Part shown: piece by piece, positions 10,584 to 23,941 of the stretch | Layout: every line of letters begins with the position of its first letter | Position numbering within the stretch: position 1 is the first letter of the stretch | Assembly (NCBI GenBank): GCA_965366045.1 | Contig: CBDUDU010000001.1 | Span: forward strand, 20,044-84,043 | DNA length: 64,000 nt | DNA from: an uncultured Oceanospirillaceae bacterium | Lineage (GTDB): Bacteria; Pseudomonadota; Gammaproteobacteria; Pseudomonadales; Balneatricaceae | Direction of reading: 5' to 3' | Position numbers and translations under genes: made by a program | The notes under the pieces: model-generated | Told to the model about the DNA's origin: nothing | The model's input: the letters and a program-made list of their open reading frames with translations, nothing else | Databases searched by the model: none

Positions 10584-11792
10584 TTAGTCAGCCGACGTGG
10601 CGCCGATGTTATGAATACTTAAGTCGGCGCCGTTCAACTCTTGTTCTTCGCTTAAACGTAAACCTACCGCCATTTTCACACCACCATACACCAGTATGCC
10701 ACCGACGACGGCGATGGTTAGGCCTAGTACTGTGCCTATTAGTTGCGACATCAAGCTCACACCGCCTAATCCACCTAAGGCCTCTAAACCAAAGATGCCA
10801 GCGGCAATGCCGCCCCATACGCCACACAAACCGTGTAATGGCCACACGCCTAGCACGTCATCGATCTTCCAACGATTTTGAGTGAGGATGAAGGCATATA
10901 CAAACAACCCGCCAGCAATTAAGCCTACAGCTAAGGCGCCGACGGGGTGCATTAGGTCAGAACCTGCGCATACCGCCACTAAGCCAGCCAGTGGGCCGTT
11001 GTGAACGAAGCCAGGGTCATTTTTGCCTACCACCAAGGCTGCGATAGTGCCGCCAGCCATGGCCATTAGGGTGTTCACAGCCACCAAACCACTGATGCCA
11101 TCTAAGGTTTGTGCAGACATCACGTTGAAGCCAAACCAACCAATGGTAAGGATCCAAGAACCCAGGGCTAAAAACGGGATGCTGGAAGGTGCGAAAGCCA
11201 CTAACCTACCCTTGCGGTAGCGGCCTTTGCGAGTGCCAAGCAGCACGACAGCCACTAATGCTAACCAACCGCCTACGCCGTGTACAACCACGGAACCAGC
11301 AAAGTCGTGAAAACCCACGCCAAATTGAGTTTCGAGCCAGCTCTGGAAACCGTAATTGCCGTTCCAAGCTATGCCTTCGAATATGGGGTACACCAGACCT
11401 ACCGTTAATGTGGAGGCCACTAACAATGGCCAAAATCGAGCTCGTTCTGCAATACCACCAGAAATAATTGCGGGTATGGCGGCTGCAAAGGTCATTAAAA
11501 AGAAGAACTTCACTAGCTCATAGCCATTGTTGGCACTTAGCGCTTGGGCACTAGCAAAGAAGTGTTGATCGTAGGCAATCCAATAACCGACAAAGAAGTA
11601 TGCCAGGCAAGAAAAACCAAAGTCGGTCATGATCTTTACTAATGCATTGACTTGGTTCTTGTGGCGCACGGTGCCAACTTCCAAAAAGGCAAAGCCTGCA
11701 TGCATGGCAAGCACCATAATGGCGCCCAGTAAGATGAACAAGGTGTTGGAACTTTGCACCAGGGTGGCGACTGCGTTAGTTGTGGTATCCAA
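10584..11792 (-). CDS. amt: ammonium transporter (Amt family)
   Basis: DFAGSVVVH, GWFGFN, DDVLGVWPLHG twin-His motifs; TTG start with GGA RBS. Confidence 0.95.
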   Translation of the reverse strand: MDTTTNAVATLVQSSNTLFILLGAIMVLAMHAGFAFLEVGTVRHKNQVNALVKIMTDFGFSCLAYFFVGYWIAYDQHFFASAQALSANNGYELVKFFFLMTFAAAIPAIISGGIAERARFWPLLVASTLTVGLVYPIFEGIAWNGNYGFQSWLETQFGVGFHDFAGSVVVHGVGGWLALVAVVLLGTRKGRYRKGRLVAFAPSSIPFLALGSWILTIGWFGFNVMSAQTLDGISGLVAVNTLMAMAGGTIAALVVGKNDPGFVHNGPLAGLVAVCAGSDLMHPVGALAVGLIAGGLFVYAFILTQNRWKIDDVLGVWPLHGLCGVWGGIAAGIFGLEALGGLGGVSLMSQLIGTVLGLTIAVVGGILVYGGVKMAVGLRLSEEQELNGADLSIHNIGATSAD

Positions 11793-11826
11793 GGTAATTC
11801 CTTAATGTGGCAAACTAAATTAATAT

Positions 11827-11843
11827 TGCACTTTAATGGTGCG
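11827..11843. promoter_or_regulatory. NtrC-like binding site
   Basis: TGCACTTTAATGGTGCG resembles the TGCAC-N7-GTGCA consensus; a second half-site AATGGTGCG lies near 11867. Confidence 0.55.
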
Positions 11844-11919
11844 CTCGGGTTGCCCAACTGATAGTTAATGGTGCGTAAAGGTGCCCATTGCAGGTTGGCA
11901 AGCCGTTAAGGCTTAATAT

Positions 11920-11935
11920 TGCAAAGACTGTGCCA
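11920..11935 (-). promoter_or_regulatory. sigma54 (-24/-12) promoter of amt
   Basis: minus strand TGGCAC-AGTCT-TTGCA, an exact consensus match. Confidence 0.85.
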
Positions 11936-11955
11936 GTTACGCTTTTTGCAGGCAT

Positions 11956-11980
11956 AAAAAAACCACCCAAAGGTGGTTTT
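11956..11980 (-). terminator. gltA intrinsic terminator
   Basis: AAAACCACC-loop-GGTGGTTTT followed by a T-run on the minus strand. Confidence 0.85.
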
Positions 11981-12001
11981 AAGCGTACCAAGTCATGAAA
12001 G

Positions 12002-13279
12002 TTACTTGGTAGGGTATGGGCGCTGAGGTTCGCCGGTATATAGCTGGCGAGGGCGACCAATGCGGTACGAGCTGTTAAGCATTTCGTGCCAATGGGAAAT
12101 CCAACCTACCGTACGTGCTAGGGCAAAAATTACCGTAAACATAGACGCTGGGATACCAATTGCCTTGAGGATGATGCCAGAGTAGAAGTCGACGTTAGGG
12201 TAGAGTTTACGCTGAATAAAATATTCATCTTCTAAGGCGATTTGCTCTAGACGCTTAGCAATTTGAAGTAATGGATCGTTTTCTACGCCCAGTAGTTCTA
12301 ATACTTCGTCACAGGTCTCACGCATAACCGTGGCACGTGGGTCAAAGTTCTTGTAAACACGGTGGCCAAAGCCCATAAGGCGGAATGGATCGTTTTTGTT
12401 TTTCGCTTTGGCAACAAAGGCATCGATGTTTGATACGTCACCAATTTCTTCGAGCATGTCTAGTACCGCTTCGTTAGCGCCGCCATGAGCGGGGCCCCAT
12501 AGTGCAGCAATGCCGGAGGCGATACAGGCAAATGGATTGGCGCCGGAAGAGCCTGCCAAACGAACGGTAGAGGTAGAGGCGTTTTGCTCGTGGTCAGCAT
12601 GCAGCATAAAGATCTTGTCCATGGCGCGAGCCAAGACAGGATCGATGTTGCTTTCTGCTGTAGGCTTGCCAAACATCATGTGTAAGAAGTTTTCGGCATA
12701 GTTTAAATCATCGCGTGGATAGATAAACGGCTGGCCTATAGAGTACTTGTAACACATGGCTGCCAAGGTAGGCATTTTCGCAATCAGGCGGTGAATGGCT
12801 TTTTCGCGGTGATCAGGGTTCGAGTTGTCTAGTTGGTCATGGTAAAAAGCAGACAAAGCACCCACAACGCCACACATGATGGCCATTGGGTGTGCGTCAC
12901 GACGGAAGCCATTGAAAAAGTGCATTAATTGTTCATGCACCATGGTGTTGTTGGTGATGTTGGCGGTAAATTCTTCCAGCTGCTCGGCTGATGGCAGTTC
13001 GCCGTGTACTAATAAGTAGCAGGTTTCAATGTAGCTCGAGTTAGCAGCTAAGTCTTCTATGGCGTAACCACGGTGTAATAAAATGCCGTTATCGCCGTCA
13101 ATGTAAGTGATTTTTGATTCACATGAAGCAGTCGACACAAACCCTGGATCGTAGGTAAAAAGGCCTTGGCTTACCAGTTGGCGTACATCGATAACATCGG
13201 GGCCGGTGCTGCCAGAATAAATGGGCAGTTCAATGGGGTCCATACCTTCTACGTGAAGAGTGGCTTTTCTGTCGGGCAT
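12002..13279 (-). CDS. gltA: citrate synthase (type II)
   Basis: [37 protein letters not shown]. Confidence 0.98.
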   Translation of the reverse strand: MPDRKATLHVEGMDPIELPIYSGSTGPDVIDVRQLVSQGLFTYDPGFVSTASCESKITYIDGDNGILLHRGYAIEDLAANSSYIETCYLLVHGELPSAEQLEEFTANITNNTMVHEQLMHFFNGFRRDAHPMAIMCGVVGALSAFYHDQLDNSNPDHREKAIHRLIAKMPTLAAMCYKYSIGQPFIYPRDDLNYAENFLHMMFGKPTAESNIDPVLARAMDKIFMLHADHEQNASTSTVRLAGSSGANPFACIASGIAALWGPAHGGANEAVLDMLEEIGDVSNIDAFVAKAKNKNDPFRLMGFGHRVYKNFDPRATVMRETCDEVLELLGVENDPLLQIAKRLEQIALEDEYFIQRKLYPNVDFYSGIILKAIGIPASMFTVIFALARTVGWISHWHEMLNSSYRIGRPRQLYTGEPQRPYPTK

Positions 13280-13758
13280 TTGATGGCTCCTAAAAGGTTG
13301 AATTGGAATATTGGCTGAGTTAGCGCCAAATACCGAGGGCTACTATAGCGTTAGTACATAGCTAAAAATAGCGGACGAAAGTCGTACTCATCCAATAACT
13401 GGAGCCTATCTTACCTTAGTTGAGGCTTAGGAATGATTCGGCATAGTGATTGTAGTTATAATTACTGGTGATGTAGAGGGTCGCGGCTATAGCGCTAGGA
13501 TTATATGATCCCCTTATTGAGACGCTTTGTAAAGTGTTGCTGAAGGTAGGGAGGGGGCTGATAATCCCTTGGAGCTTGGTTTTAGGGTTATCTGTAAGCA
13601 CCATAAAAGATTTCATATACGACTAAAGGTTGCGTTGTTTTCTATGCCTCAAATCACTATACTTGCGCCCTACGTGACGCTGACAGCTAAGTAAGTGTCG
13701 AATTAACGTAGTTATTGTATCTTTAGTTAACCCTAATTTCAGCCAAGAGCAGGTAGCC

Positions 13759-14136
13759 GTGAGCGATAAAAGACCCGTTAATCTTGATTTAGGCACATTC
13801 AAACACCCACTTATTTCTGTGGTTTCTATATGCCACCGTATTTCTGGTGTGGTGTTGTTTGTTGGCCTTGTTTTCCTTTTTTGTTTGTTTGATACGTCCT
13901 TAAGTGGAGCAGAGGGTTTTGCTTCTGCCCAAGATACCATGCAAACCAGTTTCGTTGCCCAGTTTATTACGTGGGGCCTGTTGAGCGCACTAGGGTTTCA
14001 CTTTAGTGCCGGTATGAAGCACCTGGTAATGGATGTTGGTGTTGGTGAAGAACTCGATTCTGCCAATAGCGCCGCCAAGATGGTTGTTGGCCTTACCATT
14101 GTGTTGGCTGTATTAGCAGGAGTTTGGGTATGGTAA
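13759..14136 (+). CDS. sdhC: succinate dehydrogenase cytochrome b556 subunit
   Basis: KRPVNLDL, HRISG, MKHLVMD; GTG start. Confidence 0.95.
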   Translation: MSDKRPVNLDLGTFKHPLISVVSICHRISGVVLFVGLVFLFCLFDTSLSGAEGFASAQDTMQTSFVAQFITWGLLSALGFHFSAGMKHLVMDVGVGEELDSANSAAKMVVGLTIVLAVLAGVWVW

Positions 14137-14477
14137 CTACAATTACTAATTTGGGTCGTAGCGGTTTGTACGACTGGCTATTGCAACGTATCAGCGCGGT
14201 AGTGTTAGCACTTTATTCTGTGTTCATGGTGGCTTATTTGCTGTTTAATCCGCAGTTAGATTATGCCCAGTGGGATGCCTTGTTTGGCATGACCAGCGTG
14301 CGCATTTTTAGCTTGATGGCGCTATTGTCTTTAGGTGCCCATTGTTGGATTGGCTTGTGGTCGGTGTCTACCGATTATATCAAGCCGTTTGTATTTCGTT
14401 TTGTATTTCAAATGGTGGTTGGCGTATTAATGTTCGTCTATACCGTTTGGGGTGTTCAGTTGTTATGGGGTCTATAA
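14130..14477 (+). CDS. sdhD: succinate dehydrogenase membrane anchor
   Basis: GRSGLYDWLLQR, HCWIGLW, TDY motifs. Confidence 0.95.
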   Translation: MVTTITNLGRSGLYDWLLQRISAVVLALYSVFMVAYLLFNPQLDYAQWDALFGMTSVRIFSLMALLSLGAHCWIGLWSVSTDYIKPFVFRFVFQMVVGVLMFVYTVWGVQLLWGL

Positions 14478-14480
14478 GTC

Positions 14481-16256
14481 ATGTCTAACTCGTTACGTAA
14501 AATGTCTTATGAAGCCATTGTAATTGGTGGTGGCGGTGCAGGCATGCGTGCCGCATTGCAGCTTACCGAATCAGGCTTAAAAACAGCCTGTATTACTAAA
14601 GTATTTCCTACCCGTTCGCATACGGTATCGGCGCAAGGTGGAATCACTTGCGCTATCGCCAGTAATGATCCCAATGATGATTGGCGCTGGCACATGTACG
14701 ATACCGTTAAAGGTTCGGACTACATTGGCGACCAAGACGCCATTGAATACATGTGTAGTGTAGGCCCTCAAGCCGTGTTTGAGCTTGATCATATGGGTTT
14801 GCCGTTTTCACGCACCGAAGAAGGTCGCATTTACCAGCGCCCATTTGGCGGTCAATCAAAGAATTTTGGTGAAGGTGGACAGGCTGCTCGTACCTGTGCC
14901 GCAGCCGATCGTACCGGCCACGCGTTGCTACACGCCTTGTATCAGGGCAACTTGAAAGGCGGAACTACATTTTTAAATGAATGGTTTGCCGTAGATATGG
15001 TGCAAAATGATGATGGTGCCATAGTCGGTGTCATTGCTATTTGTATTGAGTCTGGTGAAACTGTTTATATCGAAGCTAAAGCCACGGTGTTAGCTACTGG
15101 CGGCGCAGGCCGCATTTTCCAATCGACCACTAACGCCCTGATTAACACAGGCGACGGCGTGGGTATGGGCTTGCGTATGGGTCTACCCGTGCAAGACATG
15201 GAAATGTGGCAGTTTCATCCTACCGGTATTGCCGGCGCAGGCGTATTGGTGACCGAAGGTTGCCGCGGTGAGGGTGGTTATCTTATCAATAAGGATGGCG
15301 AACGCTTTATGGAGCGTTATGCGCCTAATGCTAAAGACCTCGCTGGTCGTGACGTTGTCGCTCGCTCCATGGTTATGGAGATCCTTGAAGGTCGTGGTTG
15401 TGGTGAGAATGGCGATCACGTATTCCTTAAGCTTGATCATTTAGGTGAAGAAGTGTTGGAAAGCCGCCTCCCGGGCATCTGCGAGCTATCGCGCACCTTT
15501 GCTCACGCCGATCCAGTATTCGAACCCGTACCTGTAGTACCAACCTGTCACTATATGATGGGTGGTTTACCGACGAACATTGGCGGTCAGGTGTTGTACC
15601 CAGAGTCTGAAACAGAAACCCGCGTCATTGATGGCTTATATGCCTGTGGCGAAGTGGCTTGTGTGTCGGTGCATGGTGCCAACCGTTTGGGTGGTAACTC
15701 ATTGTTAGACTTGGTTGTATTTGGTCGTGCTGCGGGCATTCAAATTGAAAAATCAATGCGCGAAGGCTATAAGGTTGAGTCGGCCACTCAGGCCAACTTA
15801 GATGCCGCTATGGCGCGATTGACTGCCTTGAATGCATCTGAATCAGGCGAAAATATCTCTGACGTACGTGAAGAGCTTCAGAAAACGATGCAACTTTATT
15901 TTGGTGTGTTCCGCGAAGGCGAGAGCATGCAAAAAGGCTTAGGTCTTTTGCGTGAGCTACGTCTCAAGGTCAATAATTTATACCTGAAAGATAAAACTGG
16001 TGCGTTTAACACCGACCGTATTGAAGCTCTTGAGCTGCAAAATTTATTTGAAGTGGCGTTTGCTACGGCGATCGCAGCAGAAGAGCGTAAGGAAAGTCGA
16101 GGTGCTCACGCGCGTAATGACTTTACTGAACGTGATGACGAAAACTGGTTGAAACATTCTGTGTACTATCCGACAGAAGAGCGAATTGGTAAGCGCGAGG
16201 TGAACTTCTCACCCAAGACCGTTGATGCTTTCCCACCTAAAATTCGTACTTATTAA
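14481..16256 (+). CDS. sdhA: succinate dehydrogenase flavoprotein
   Basis: [29 protein letters not shown]. Confidence 0.98.
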   Translation: MSNSLRKMSYEAIVIGGGGAGMRAALQLTESGLKTACITKVFPTRSHTVSAQGGITCAIASNDPNDDWRWHMYDTVKGSDYIGDQDAIEYMCSVGPQAVFELDHMGLPFSRTEEGRIYQRPFGGQSKNFGEGGQAARTCAAADRTGHALLHALYQGNLKGGTTFLNEWFAVDMVQNDDGAIVGVIAICIESGETVYIEAKATVLATGGAGRIFQSTTNALINTGDGVGMGLRMGLPVQDMEMWQFHPTGIAGAGVLVTEGCRGEGGYLINKDGERFMERYAPNAKDLAGRDVVARSMVMEILEGRGCGENGDHVFLKLDHLGEEVLESRLPGICELSRTFAHADPVFEPVPVVPTCHYMMGGLPTNIGGQVLYPESETETRVIDGLYACGEVACVSVHGANRLGGNSLLDLVVFGRAAGIQIEKSMREGYKVESATQANLDAAMARLTALNASESGENISDVREELQKTMQLYFGVFREGESMQKGLGLLRELRLKVNNLYLKDKTGAFNTDRIEALELQNLFEVAFATAIAAEERKESRGAHARNDFTERDDENWLKHSVYYPTEERIGKREVNFSPKTVDAFPPKIRTY

Positions 16257-16267
16257 GGAGTAGTGAC

Positions 16268-16972
16268 ATGTTAACAGTAAGTGTATATCGCTATCACCCA
16301 GAGCTAGACAAAAAACCTTACATGCAAGACTTTCAAGTTGATACCGGTGGTAAAGACTTGATGGTATTGGATGTGTTGAACATGCTTAAGGTCCAAGACA
16401 GTGGTTTGGCCTATCGTCGCTCATGCCGAGAAGGTGTGTGTGGTTCTGACGGTATGAACATCAATGGCGTTAACGGTTTGGCTTGTATTACACCGCTTTC
16501 TGCTTGTGTAAAAAACAACAAGCTGATTTTGCGTCCGTTACCCGCATTGCCGGTTATCCGTGACTTGGTTATCGACATGGATCAGTTCTACAAGCAATAT
16601 GAAAAGGTGAAGCCTTTCTTGTTGAACGATACCCCTGCGCCCGCCATTGAGCGTTTACAGTCCCCTGAAGAGCGCGAAAAGCTTGATGGTCTATACGAGT
16701 GTATCTTGTGTGCCTGTTGTTCTACAGCGTGTCCTTCTTTTTGGTGGAACCCAGATAAGTTTATCGGCCCATCTGGCTTGTTACAGGCGTACCGCTTCTT
16801 AGCGGACAGCCGTGATACTGCTATGGAAGAGCGTTTGGCCGACTTGGATGATCCGTTTAGTGTGTTCCGTTGCCACGGTATTATGAACTGTGTCACGGTA
16901 TGCCCTAAAGGCTTAAACCCAACCAAAGCCATTGGTCATATCCGTAATATGTTGTTAGCGCGAGCAACCTAG
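16268..16972 (+). CDS. sdhB: succinate dehydrogenase iron-sulfur subunit
   Basis: SCREGVCGSD, CILCACCSTACP, CHGIMNCVTVCP. Confidence 0.98.
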   Translation: MLTVSVYRYHPELDKKPYMQDFQVDTGGKDLMVLDVLNMLKVQDSGLAYRRSCREGVCGSDGMNINGVNGLACITPLSACVKNNKLILRPLPALPVIRDLVIDMDQFYKQYEKVKPFLLNDTPAPAIERLQSPEEREKLDGLYECILCACCSTACPSFWWNPDKFIGPSGLLQAYRFLADSRDTAMEERLADLDDPFSVFRCHGIMNCVTVCPKGLNPTKAIGHIRNMLLARAT

Positions 16973-17131
16973 TTGATACCTGCGCTTGAGTTTGGGCTTC
17001 GTTAAAGGGGCTCTAGGTCAGGTATTTGGATATAATTAGTTTTATTGCTTAACCCTGTAACGCGTAGCGGGTTATAATGGACGCGTTTGGTTAAGCTTGA
17101 CCACAAACAAAGATTATTTGGTGATACCAAA

Positions 17132-19969
17132 ATGCAAGACAGCATGATGGAGCTGCAGAGGCGCGAGTCTCACTTTTCTGATGGAAACTTTGCGTACATG
17201 GAAGAAATGTACGAAACCTATTTGCGTGATCCCAATGCTGTACCTGAGCAATGGCGACAAGAGTTTGATCAATTACCCCGAGTGCCTGAAACCATTGTTG
17301 GTGACGTGCCTCACTCTATCGTTAAAGAACACTTTCTTCTTTTAGGTAAGAATCAAAGCAAATCTCACCCGATTCAAACAGCGAGTTTAAGTAGCGATCA
17401 TGAGCGCAAACAAGTGCGAGTGATGCGCTTAATCAACGCCTATCGTGTACATGGTCACCAAGTTGCTAGCTTAGACCCGTTAGAACTTAAACCTAAAGAA
17501 GTGGTGCCAACACTCGATTTACATTTCCACGAGCTATCAGCAGCCGACTTAGACACCGTATTTCAAGTGGGTGCATCATACTTAGGCAAAGAAGAAATGC
17601 CTTTGTCTGAGATTATTGCGGGCCTTGAAGAAACTTACTGCTCAACGGTAGGCTGTGAATACAGTCACATCGTTAATACCGACGAAAAATTATGGATTCG
17701 TCAACGTGTAGAGTCGGTTCGTAGCCACCCTAAACACACGGCTGAAAAGCGTACGCATATTTTTGAACGCCTAATTGCGGCAGAAGGCCTTGAAAAATAC
17801 CTTGGATCTCGCTTTGCTGGAGCCAAGCGCTTTGGTTTAGAAGGTGGCGAAACGCTCATTCCTATGCTGGATAATATTATCCAACGCTCGGGTAGTAGCA
17901 AAGCCAAAGAAATCGTTATCGGCATGGCTCATCGTGGTCGCCTTAATGTATTAATCAATATTTTTGGTAAAAACCCAGTTGACTTGTTTGAGGAATTTGA
18001 GGGCAAACGCCCGCTCAATACCTCGGGCGATGTAAAGTACCATCAAGGTTTTTCTACCAACGTAAATACCCCAGGTGGCGAAGTGCACATGGCTTTGGCC
18101 TTTAACCCGTCGCACTTAGAAATTGCCAACCCGGTTGCTGAAGGCTCAGTACGAGCGCGTCAAGATCGACGTAAAGATACCGAAGGCGACACAGTGCTAC
18201 CCATTTGTTTACATGGTGATGCAGCGTTTGCTGGTCAGGGCGTGGTTATGGAGACGTTACAAATGTCTCAAACCCGTGCCTATAAAACCGGCGGTACCAT
18301 CCACATTGTGATTAACAACCAAGTGGGTTTCACCACCAGTAAAAAAGAAGACGCCCGCTCAACGCCATATTGTACTGACGTGGCTAAATTTGTAGACGCA
18401 CCTATCTTCCACGTTAACGGGGATGACCCTGACGCGGTGGCCTTTGTGTCTGAATTGGCGCTGGATTACCGCAACGAGTTTAAACGCGACGTTGTCATCG
18501 ATTTGGTTTGTTATCGCCGCCGTGGTCACAACGAAGCGGACGAGCCTTCGGGCACGCAGCCGCTCATGTATAACGCCATTAAGGCGCGTAACACAGTGGC
18601 TACTTTATACGGTCAACAGTTGGTTTCGGAAGGTGTGCTTACCGCTGCCGATATTTCAGCCTTTCAAGACGACTATAGAGACGCGCTCGACAACGGCGAG
18701 CACGTTGCTAAGGCCTTGGTTACTGTGCCAGACAAAAGCTCATTTGTAGACTGGAAACCCTATCTAGGCCACCAGTGGACCGCTCCAGGGGACACTCGTG
18801 TTGCCAGTGAAGTACTTAAAGATCTTGGTCAGCGCCTTGATCAGGTGCCCGCTGGTTTTGTAGTACAGCGACAAGTTAAAAAGATTCTTGATGATCGTAT
18901 GAAGATGGCTGCAGGTGCGGCGGAAATTAACTGGGGTTTTGCCGAAGTGATGGCTTATGCTTCACTGGTCGAAGAAGGTTATCCTATCCGTTTAACGGGC
19001 CAAGATGTTGGCCGCGGCACCTTCTCTCATCGGCATGCAGTTTTGCATGATCAAAAGGGGAGTGGCGCTTACGTGCCGCTGCGCAATTTGTCTGATCAGC
19101 AGCCAGAATTTACTATCTTTGATTCCTTGTTGTCCGAGGAGGCAGTACTAGCCTTTGAATACGGTTATGCCTCCACTGCTCCCGAAGGCCTAGTGGTATG
19201 GGAAGCGCAGTTTGGTGATTTTGCCAACGGTGCCCAAGTGGTGATAGATCAGTTTATCACCAGTGGTGAACACAAGTGGGGCCGCATGTGTGGTCTCACC
19301 ATGTTGCTACCCCACGGCTACGAAGGGCAAGGCCCAGAGCACTCCTCTGCACGCTTAGAGCGCTACTTGCAGTTGTGTGCTGAACATAACATTCAAGTTT
19401 GTGTGCCCACCACGCCGTCACAAATATTCCACTTGTTACGCCGTCAAGCCATTCGCCCGATGCGTAAGCCTTTGATTGTCATGACGCCTAAGAGTTTGTT
19501 GCGTCATAAAGTGGCTGTGTCTAATTTAGACGATTTGTCCGAAGGTGCATTCCAAACTGTAATTGACGATATAGACAATCCCAATAAAGCCGATGTAAGG
19601 CGTCTGGTGTTGACCGCAGGTAAGGTTTATTACGACTTATTGGAGCAGCGCCGTTTAGGCGAACTAGACCATGTTGCCATTGTGCGTATTGAACAACTGT
19701 ACCCGTTCCCGGAACAGCGTTTGGAAGAAGTCTTGGCGCAATATCCAAATTTGGAGCTGACGGTTTGGTGCCAAGAGGAACCACTTAACCAAGGTGCTTG
19801 GTACTGTAGCCAGCATCATATGCGTAAGGTTATTCAGAAGGTGAAACCGCGCTTGGATTTGATAGCTGCATCAAGACCAGCATCGGCAGCACCCGCATGT
19901 GGCTATATGTCCGTGCACCTTGAAGAACAGCAGCACTTAGTGGCCCAAGCCTTGGGTTTAGAATCATGA
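17132..19969 (+). CDS. sucA: 2-oxoglutarate dehydrogenase E1
   Basis: GMAHRGRLN, HGDAAFAGQG, WEAQFGDF, PHGYEGQGPEHSS; ATG after GGTGA RBS. Confidence 0.98.
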   Translation: MQDSMMELQRRESHFSDGNFAYMEEMYETYLRDPNAVPEQWRQEFDQLPRVPETIVGDVPHSIVKEHFLLLGKNQSKSHPIQTASLSSDHERKQVRVMRLINAYRVHGHQVASLDPLELKPKEVVPTLDLHFHELSAADLDTVFQVGASYLGKEEMPLSEIIAGLEETYCSTVGCEYSHIVNTDEKLWIRQRVESVRSHPKHTAEKRTHIFERLIAAEGLEKYLGSRFAGAKRFGLEGGETLIPMLDNIIQRSGSSKAKEIVIGMAHRGRLNVLINIFGKNPVDLFEEFEGKRPLNTSGDVKYHQGFSTNVNTPGGEVHMALAFNPSHLEIANPVAEGSVRARQDRRKDTEGDTVLPICLHGDAAFAGQGVVMETLQMSQTRAYKTGGTIHIVINNQVGFTTSKKEDARSTPYCTDVAKFVDAPIFHVNGDDPDAVAFVSELALDYRNEFKRDVVIDLVCYRRRGHNEADEPSGTQPLMYNAIKARNTVATLYGQQLVSEGVLTAADISAFQDDYRDALDNGEHVAKALVTVPDKSSFVDWKPYLGHQWTAPGDTRVASEVLKDLGQRLDQVPAGFVVQRQVKKILDDRMKMAAGAAEINWGFAEVMAYASLVEEGYPIRLTGQDVGRGTFSHRHAVLHDQKGSGAYVPLRNLSDQQPEFTIFDSLLSEEAVLAFEYGYASTAPEGLVVWEAQFGDFANGAQVVIDQFITSGEHKWGRMCGLTMLLPHGYEGQGPEHSSARLERYLQLCAEHNIQVCVPTTPSQIFHLLRRQAIRPMRKPLIVMTPKSLLRHKVAVSNLDDLSEGAFQTVIDDIDNPNKADVRRLVLTAGKVYYDLLEQRRLGELDHVAIVRIEQLYPFPEQRLEEVLAQYPNLELTVWCQEEPLNQGAWYCSQHHMRKVIQKVKPRLDLIAASRPASAAPACGYMSVHLEEQQHLVAQALGLES

Positions 19970-20019
19970 ATGGGTTAATTGGTCATACCCACATTATCAT
20001 TAGAGCGAAGGGATAAACC

Positions 20020-21222
20020 ATGTCTATTGAAATTAAAGCCCCATCTTTTCCTGAATCTGTGGCTGATGGCACTATTGCTACATGGCACAAGCAGCCAGGA
20101 GAGGCGTGTACACGCGATGAGCTAATCGTTGATATCGAAACCGACAAGGTGGTGATGGAAGTGGTTGCGCCTGCCGATGGCAGTTTGGAAGAGATTGTTA
20201 TGCCAGAAGGCAGTACTGTACTAAGCAACCAGTTAATTGCTCGCTTTAGTGCAGGCGCCGCCGGCGCTTCAGCCACTGCGCCAGTAGCTGCACCGCAAGA
20301 AGCAGAAGCAGCTGGTCACTCAGATGTGAGTGGCCCGGCAGTTCGTAAATTGCTTCACGAAAATAACCTCAATGCTAGCCAAATTACAGGTACGGGCAAA
20401 GATGGTCGGTTATTAAAAGAAGACGTATTAAATCACTTGAAAAACGCAGCCGTGGCAACCCCTGCAGTGTCTGCACCTGCTCCGACTGCCAGTGTGGCGG
20501 CCTCAACTGGCCCAGCACATCGCACCTCGCGTCGTGTGCCAATGACTCGTATGCGTTCTACCATCGCTAAGCGTTTGGTGTCGGCGCAAAATGATGCGGC
20601 TATGTTGACCACTTACAACGAAGTGGATATGTCACCTATTATGGCCTTGCGTAAGCAGTATAAGGCGCAGTTTGAAAAAGCGCATAACGGCACTCGTTTA
20701 GGCTTCATGTCTTTCTTTGTTAAGGCCGCAGCAGAAGCGTTAAAACGTTTTCCAGCGGTCAACGCGTCGCTAGATGGCAATGATATGGTCTATCACGCTT
20801 ACCAAGACATCAGTGTTGCAGTCTCCACAGAGCGAGGCTTAGTGGTGCCTGTGTTACGTGATGTAGAAGCCATGAGCTTGGCAGACATCGAAAAAGGTAT
20901 TGTTGGTTTGGCCACCCAGGCCAAAGAAGGCAAGCTAACCATGGAAGAGATGCAGGGCGGCACCTTTACCATTACCAATGGTGGTATTTTCGGCTCTTTG
21001 TTGTCAACACCCATCTTGAACCCACCACAAACGGCTATCTTGGGTATGCACACCATTCAAGACCGACCGGTTGCCGAAAATGGCCAAGTGGTGATTCGTC
21101 CAATGATGTATTTAGCCTTGTCATATGACCACCGGATGATTGACGGCAAGGAAGCAGTTCAGTTCTTAGTTACCATTAAGGAATTGCTGCAAGACCCAGC
21201 GCGTATATTACTTGAAATCTAA
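20020..21222 (+). CDS. sucB: dihydrolipoamide succinyltransferase E2
   Basis: lipoyl motif [13 protein letters not shown]. Confidence 0.98.
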   Translation: MSIEIKAPSFPESVADGTIATWHKQPGEACTRDELIVDIETDKVVMEVVAPADGSLEEIVMPEGSTVLSNQLIARFSAGAAGASATAPVAAPQEAEAAGHSDVSGPAVRKLLHENNLNASQITGTGKDGRLLKEDVLNHLKNAAVATPAVSAPAPTASVAASTGPAHRTSRRVPMTRMRSTIAKRLVSAQNDAAMLTTYNEVDMSPIMALRKQYKAQFEKAHNGTRLGFMSFFVKAAAEALKRFPAVNASLDGNDMVYHAYQDISVAVSTERGLVVPVLRDVEAMSLADIEKGIVGLATQAKEGKLTMEEMQGGTFTITNGGIFGSLLSTPILNPPQTAILGMHTIQDRPVAENGQVVIRPMMYLALSYDHRMIDGKEAVQFLVTIKELLQDPARILLEI

Positions 21223-21276
21223 ACTCGCGTTTAAACTATAGCCTTCGCTGTGATCCAGTGCGCGCTTTCTATTTGA

Positions 21277-22731
<1,455 letters not shown>

Positions 22732-22771
22732 CTATTAACTCAAATTTAAATTTAAATAAACAGGCAGTAGA

Positions 22772-23941
22772 ATGAATCTTCATGAATATCAAGGCAAACA
22801 ACTGTTTGCCCAATACGGCTTGCCCGTATCTACGGGTATCGCCGTAGATACAGCCGAAGAAGCCATTGCGGCTTTTGATCAAATTCCGGGTGATACCGTG
22901 GTGATTAAAGCCCAGGTACACGCAGGTGGTCGCGGTAAGGCAGGCGGTGTTCAGCTCGTTTCTTCCAAGCAGGAAGTGGCTGATTTCGCTAATAAATGGT
23001 TAGGCAACCGTATGGTTACCTTCCAAACTGATGCAGACGGTCAACCCGTTTCAAAAGTTTACATTGAGCCTTGTACTGATATCGATCAAGAATTATACCT
23101 TGGCGCAGTTGTTGACCGTAGCAGTCAGCGCATTGTATTTATGGCGTCTACCGAAGGTGGCGTAGAAATTGAAAAGGTGGCTGAAGAGACACCCGAAAAA
23201 ATTCTTAAGGCTGAAATCGACCCGTTAACTGGCGCGCAACCGTACCAGGCTCGTGACTTGGCGTTTAAATTGGGCCTTCAGGGCAACCAAGTTAAACAGT
23301 TCACCAAAATCTTTATCGGTTTGGCACAATTGTTCCAAGACAAAGATTTAGCATTGCTAGAGATCAACCCATTAGTAGTAACTAAGCAAGGCGATTTGCA
23401 CTGTTTGGACGCTAAGGTAGTGATTGACAGCAACGCTGTGTATCGCCACAAAGACATTCAAGCCATGCATGACCCAAGCCAAGACGACCCACGCGAAGCG
23501 CATGCGGCATCTTGGGAGCTAAACTATGTTGCTCTAGATGGCACCATTGGTTGTTTGGTGAACGGCGCAGGTCTAGCCATGGGCACCATGGATATTGTTG
23601 CTACCCACGGTGGCTTCCCGGCTAACTTCCTGGACGTAGGGGGCGGTGCAACCAAAGAGCGTGTTACCGAAGCGTTTAAGATTATCTTGTCTGATGAGCG
23701 TGTTAAAGCAGTATTGGTGAACATTTTTGGTGGTATTGTGCGTTGTGATTTGATTGCAGAAGGCATCATTGGCGCTGTTAAAGAAGTTGGCGTAAGTGTA
23801 CCTGTAGTTGTGCGTTTGGAAGGTAATAACGCAGAACTAGGTAGTCAGAAATTGGCCGAAAGTGGCCTTGATATTATTGCCGCCACCAGCTTGGCTGGCG
23901 CAGCCCAACAAGTGGTTTCTGCAGCTGGAGGTGAAGCATGA
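22772..23941 (+). CDS. sucC: succinyl-CoA synthetase beta subunit
   Basis: [24 protein letters not shown]. Confidence 0.98.
   Translation: MNLHEYQGKQLFAQYGLPVSTGIAVDTAEEAIAAFDQIPGDTVVIKAQVHAGGRGKAGGVQLVSSKQEVADFANKWLGNRMVTFQTDADGQPVSKVYIEPCTDIDQELYLGAVVDRSSQRIVFMASTEGGVEIEKVAEETPEKILKAEIDPLTGAQPYQARDLAFKLGLQGNQVKQFTKIFIGLAQLFQDKDLALLEINPLVVTKQGDLHCLDAKVVIDSNAVYRHKDIQAMHDPSQDDPREAHAASWELNYVALDGTIGCLVNGAGLAMGTMDIVATHGGFPANFLDVGGGATKERVTEAFKIILSDERVKAVLVNIFGGIVRCDLIAEGIIGAVKEVGVSVPVVVRLEGNNAELGSQKLAESGLDIIAATSLAGAAQQVVSAAGGEA

Noticed and set aside
13623-13940. 105-aa minus-strand ORF over the sdhC promoter
   Set aside because: Antisense to sdhC, no RBS or motifs; a shadow ORF
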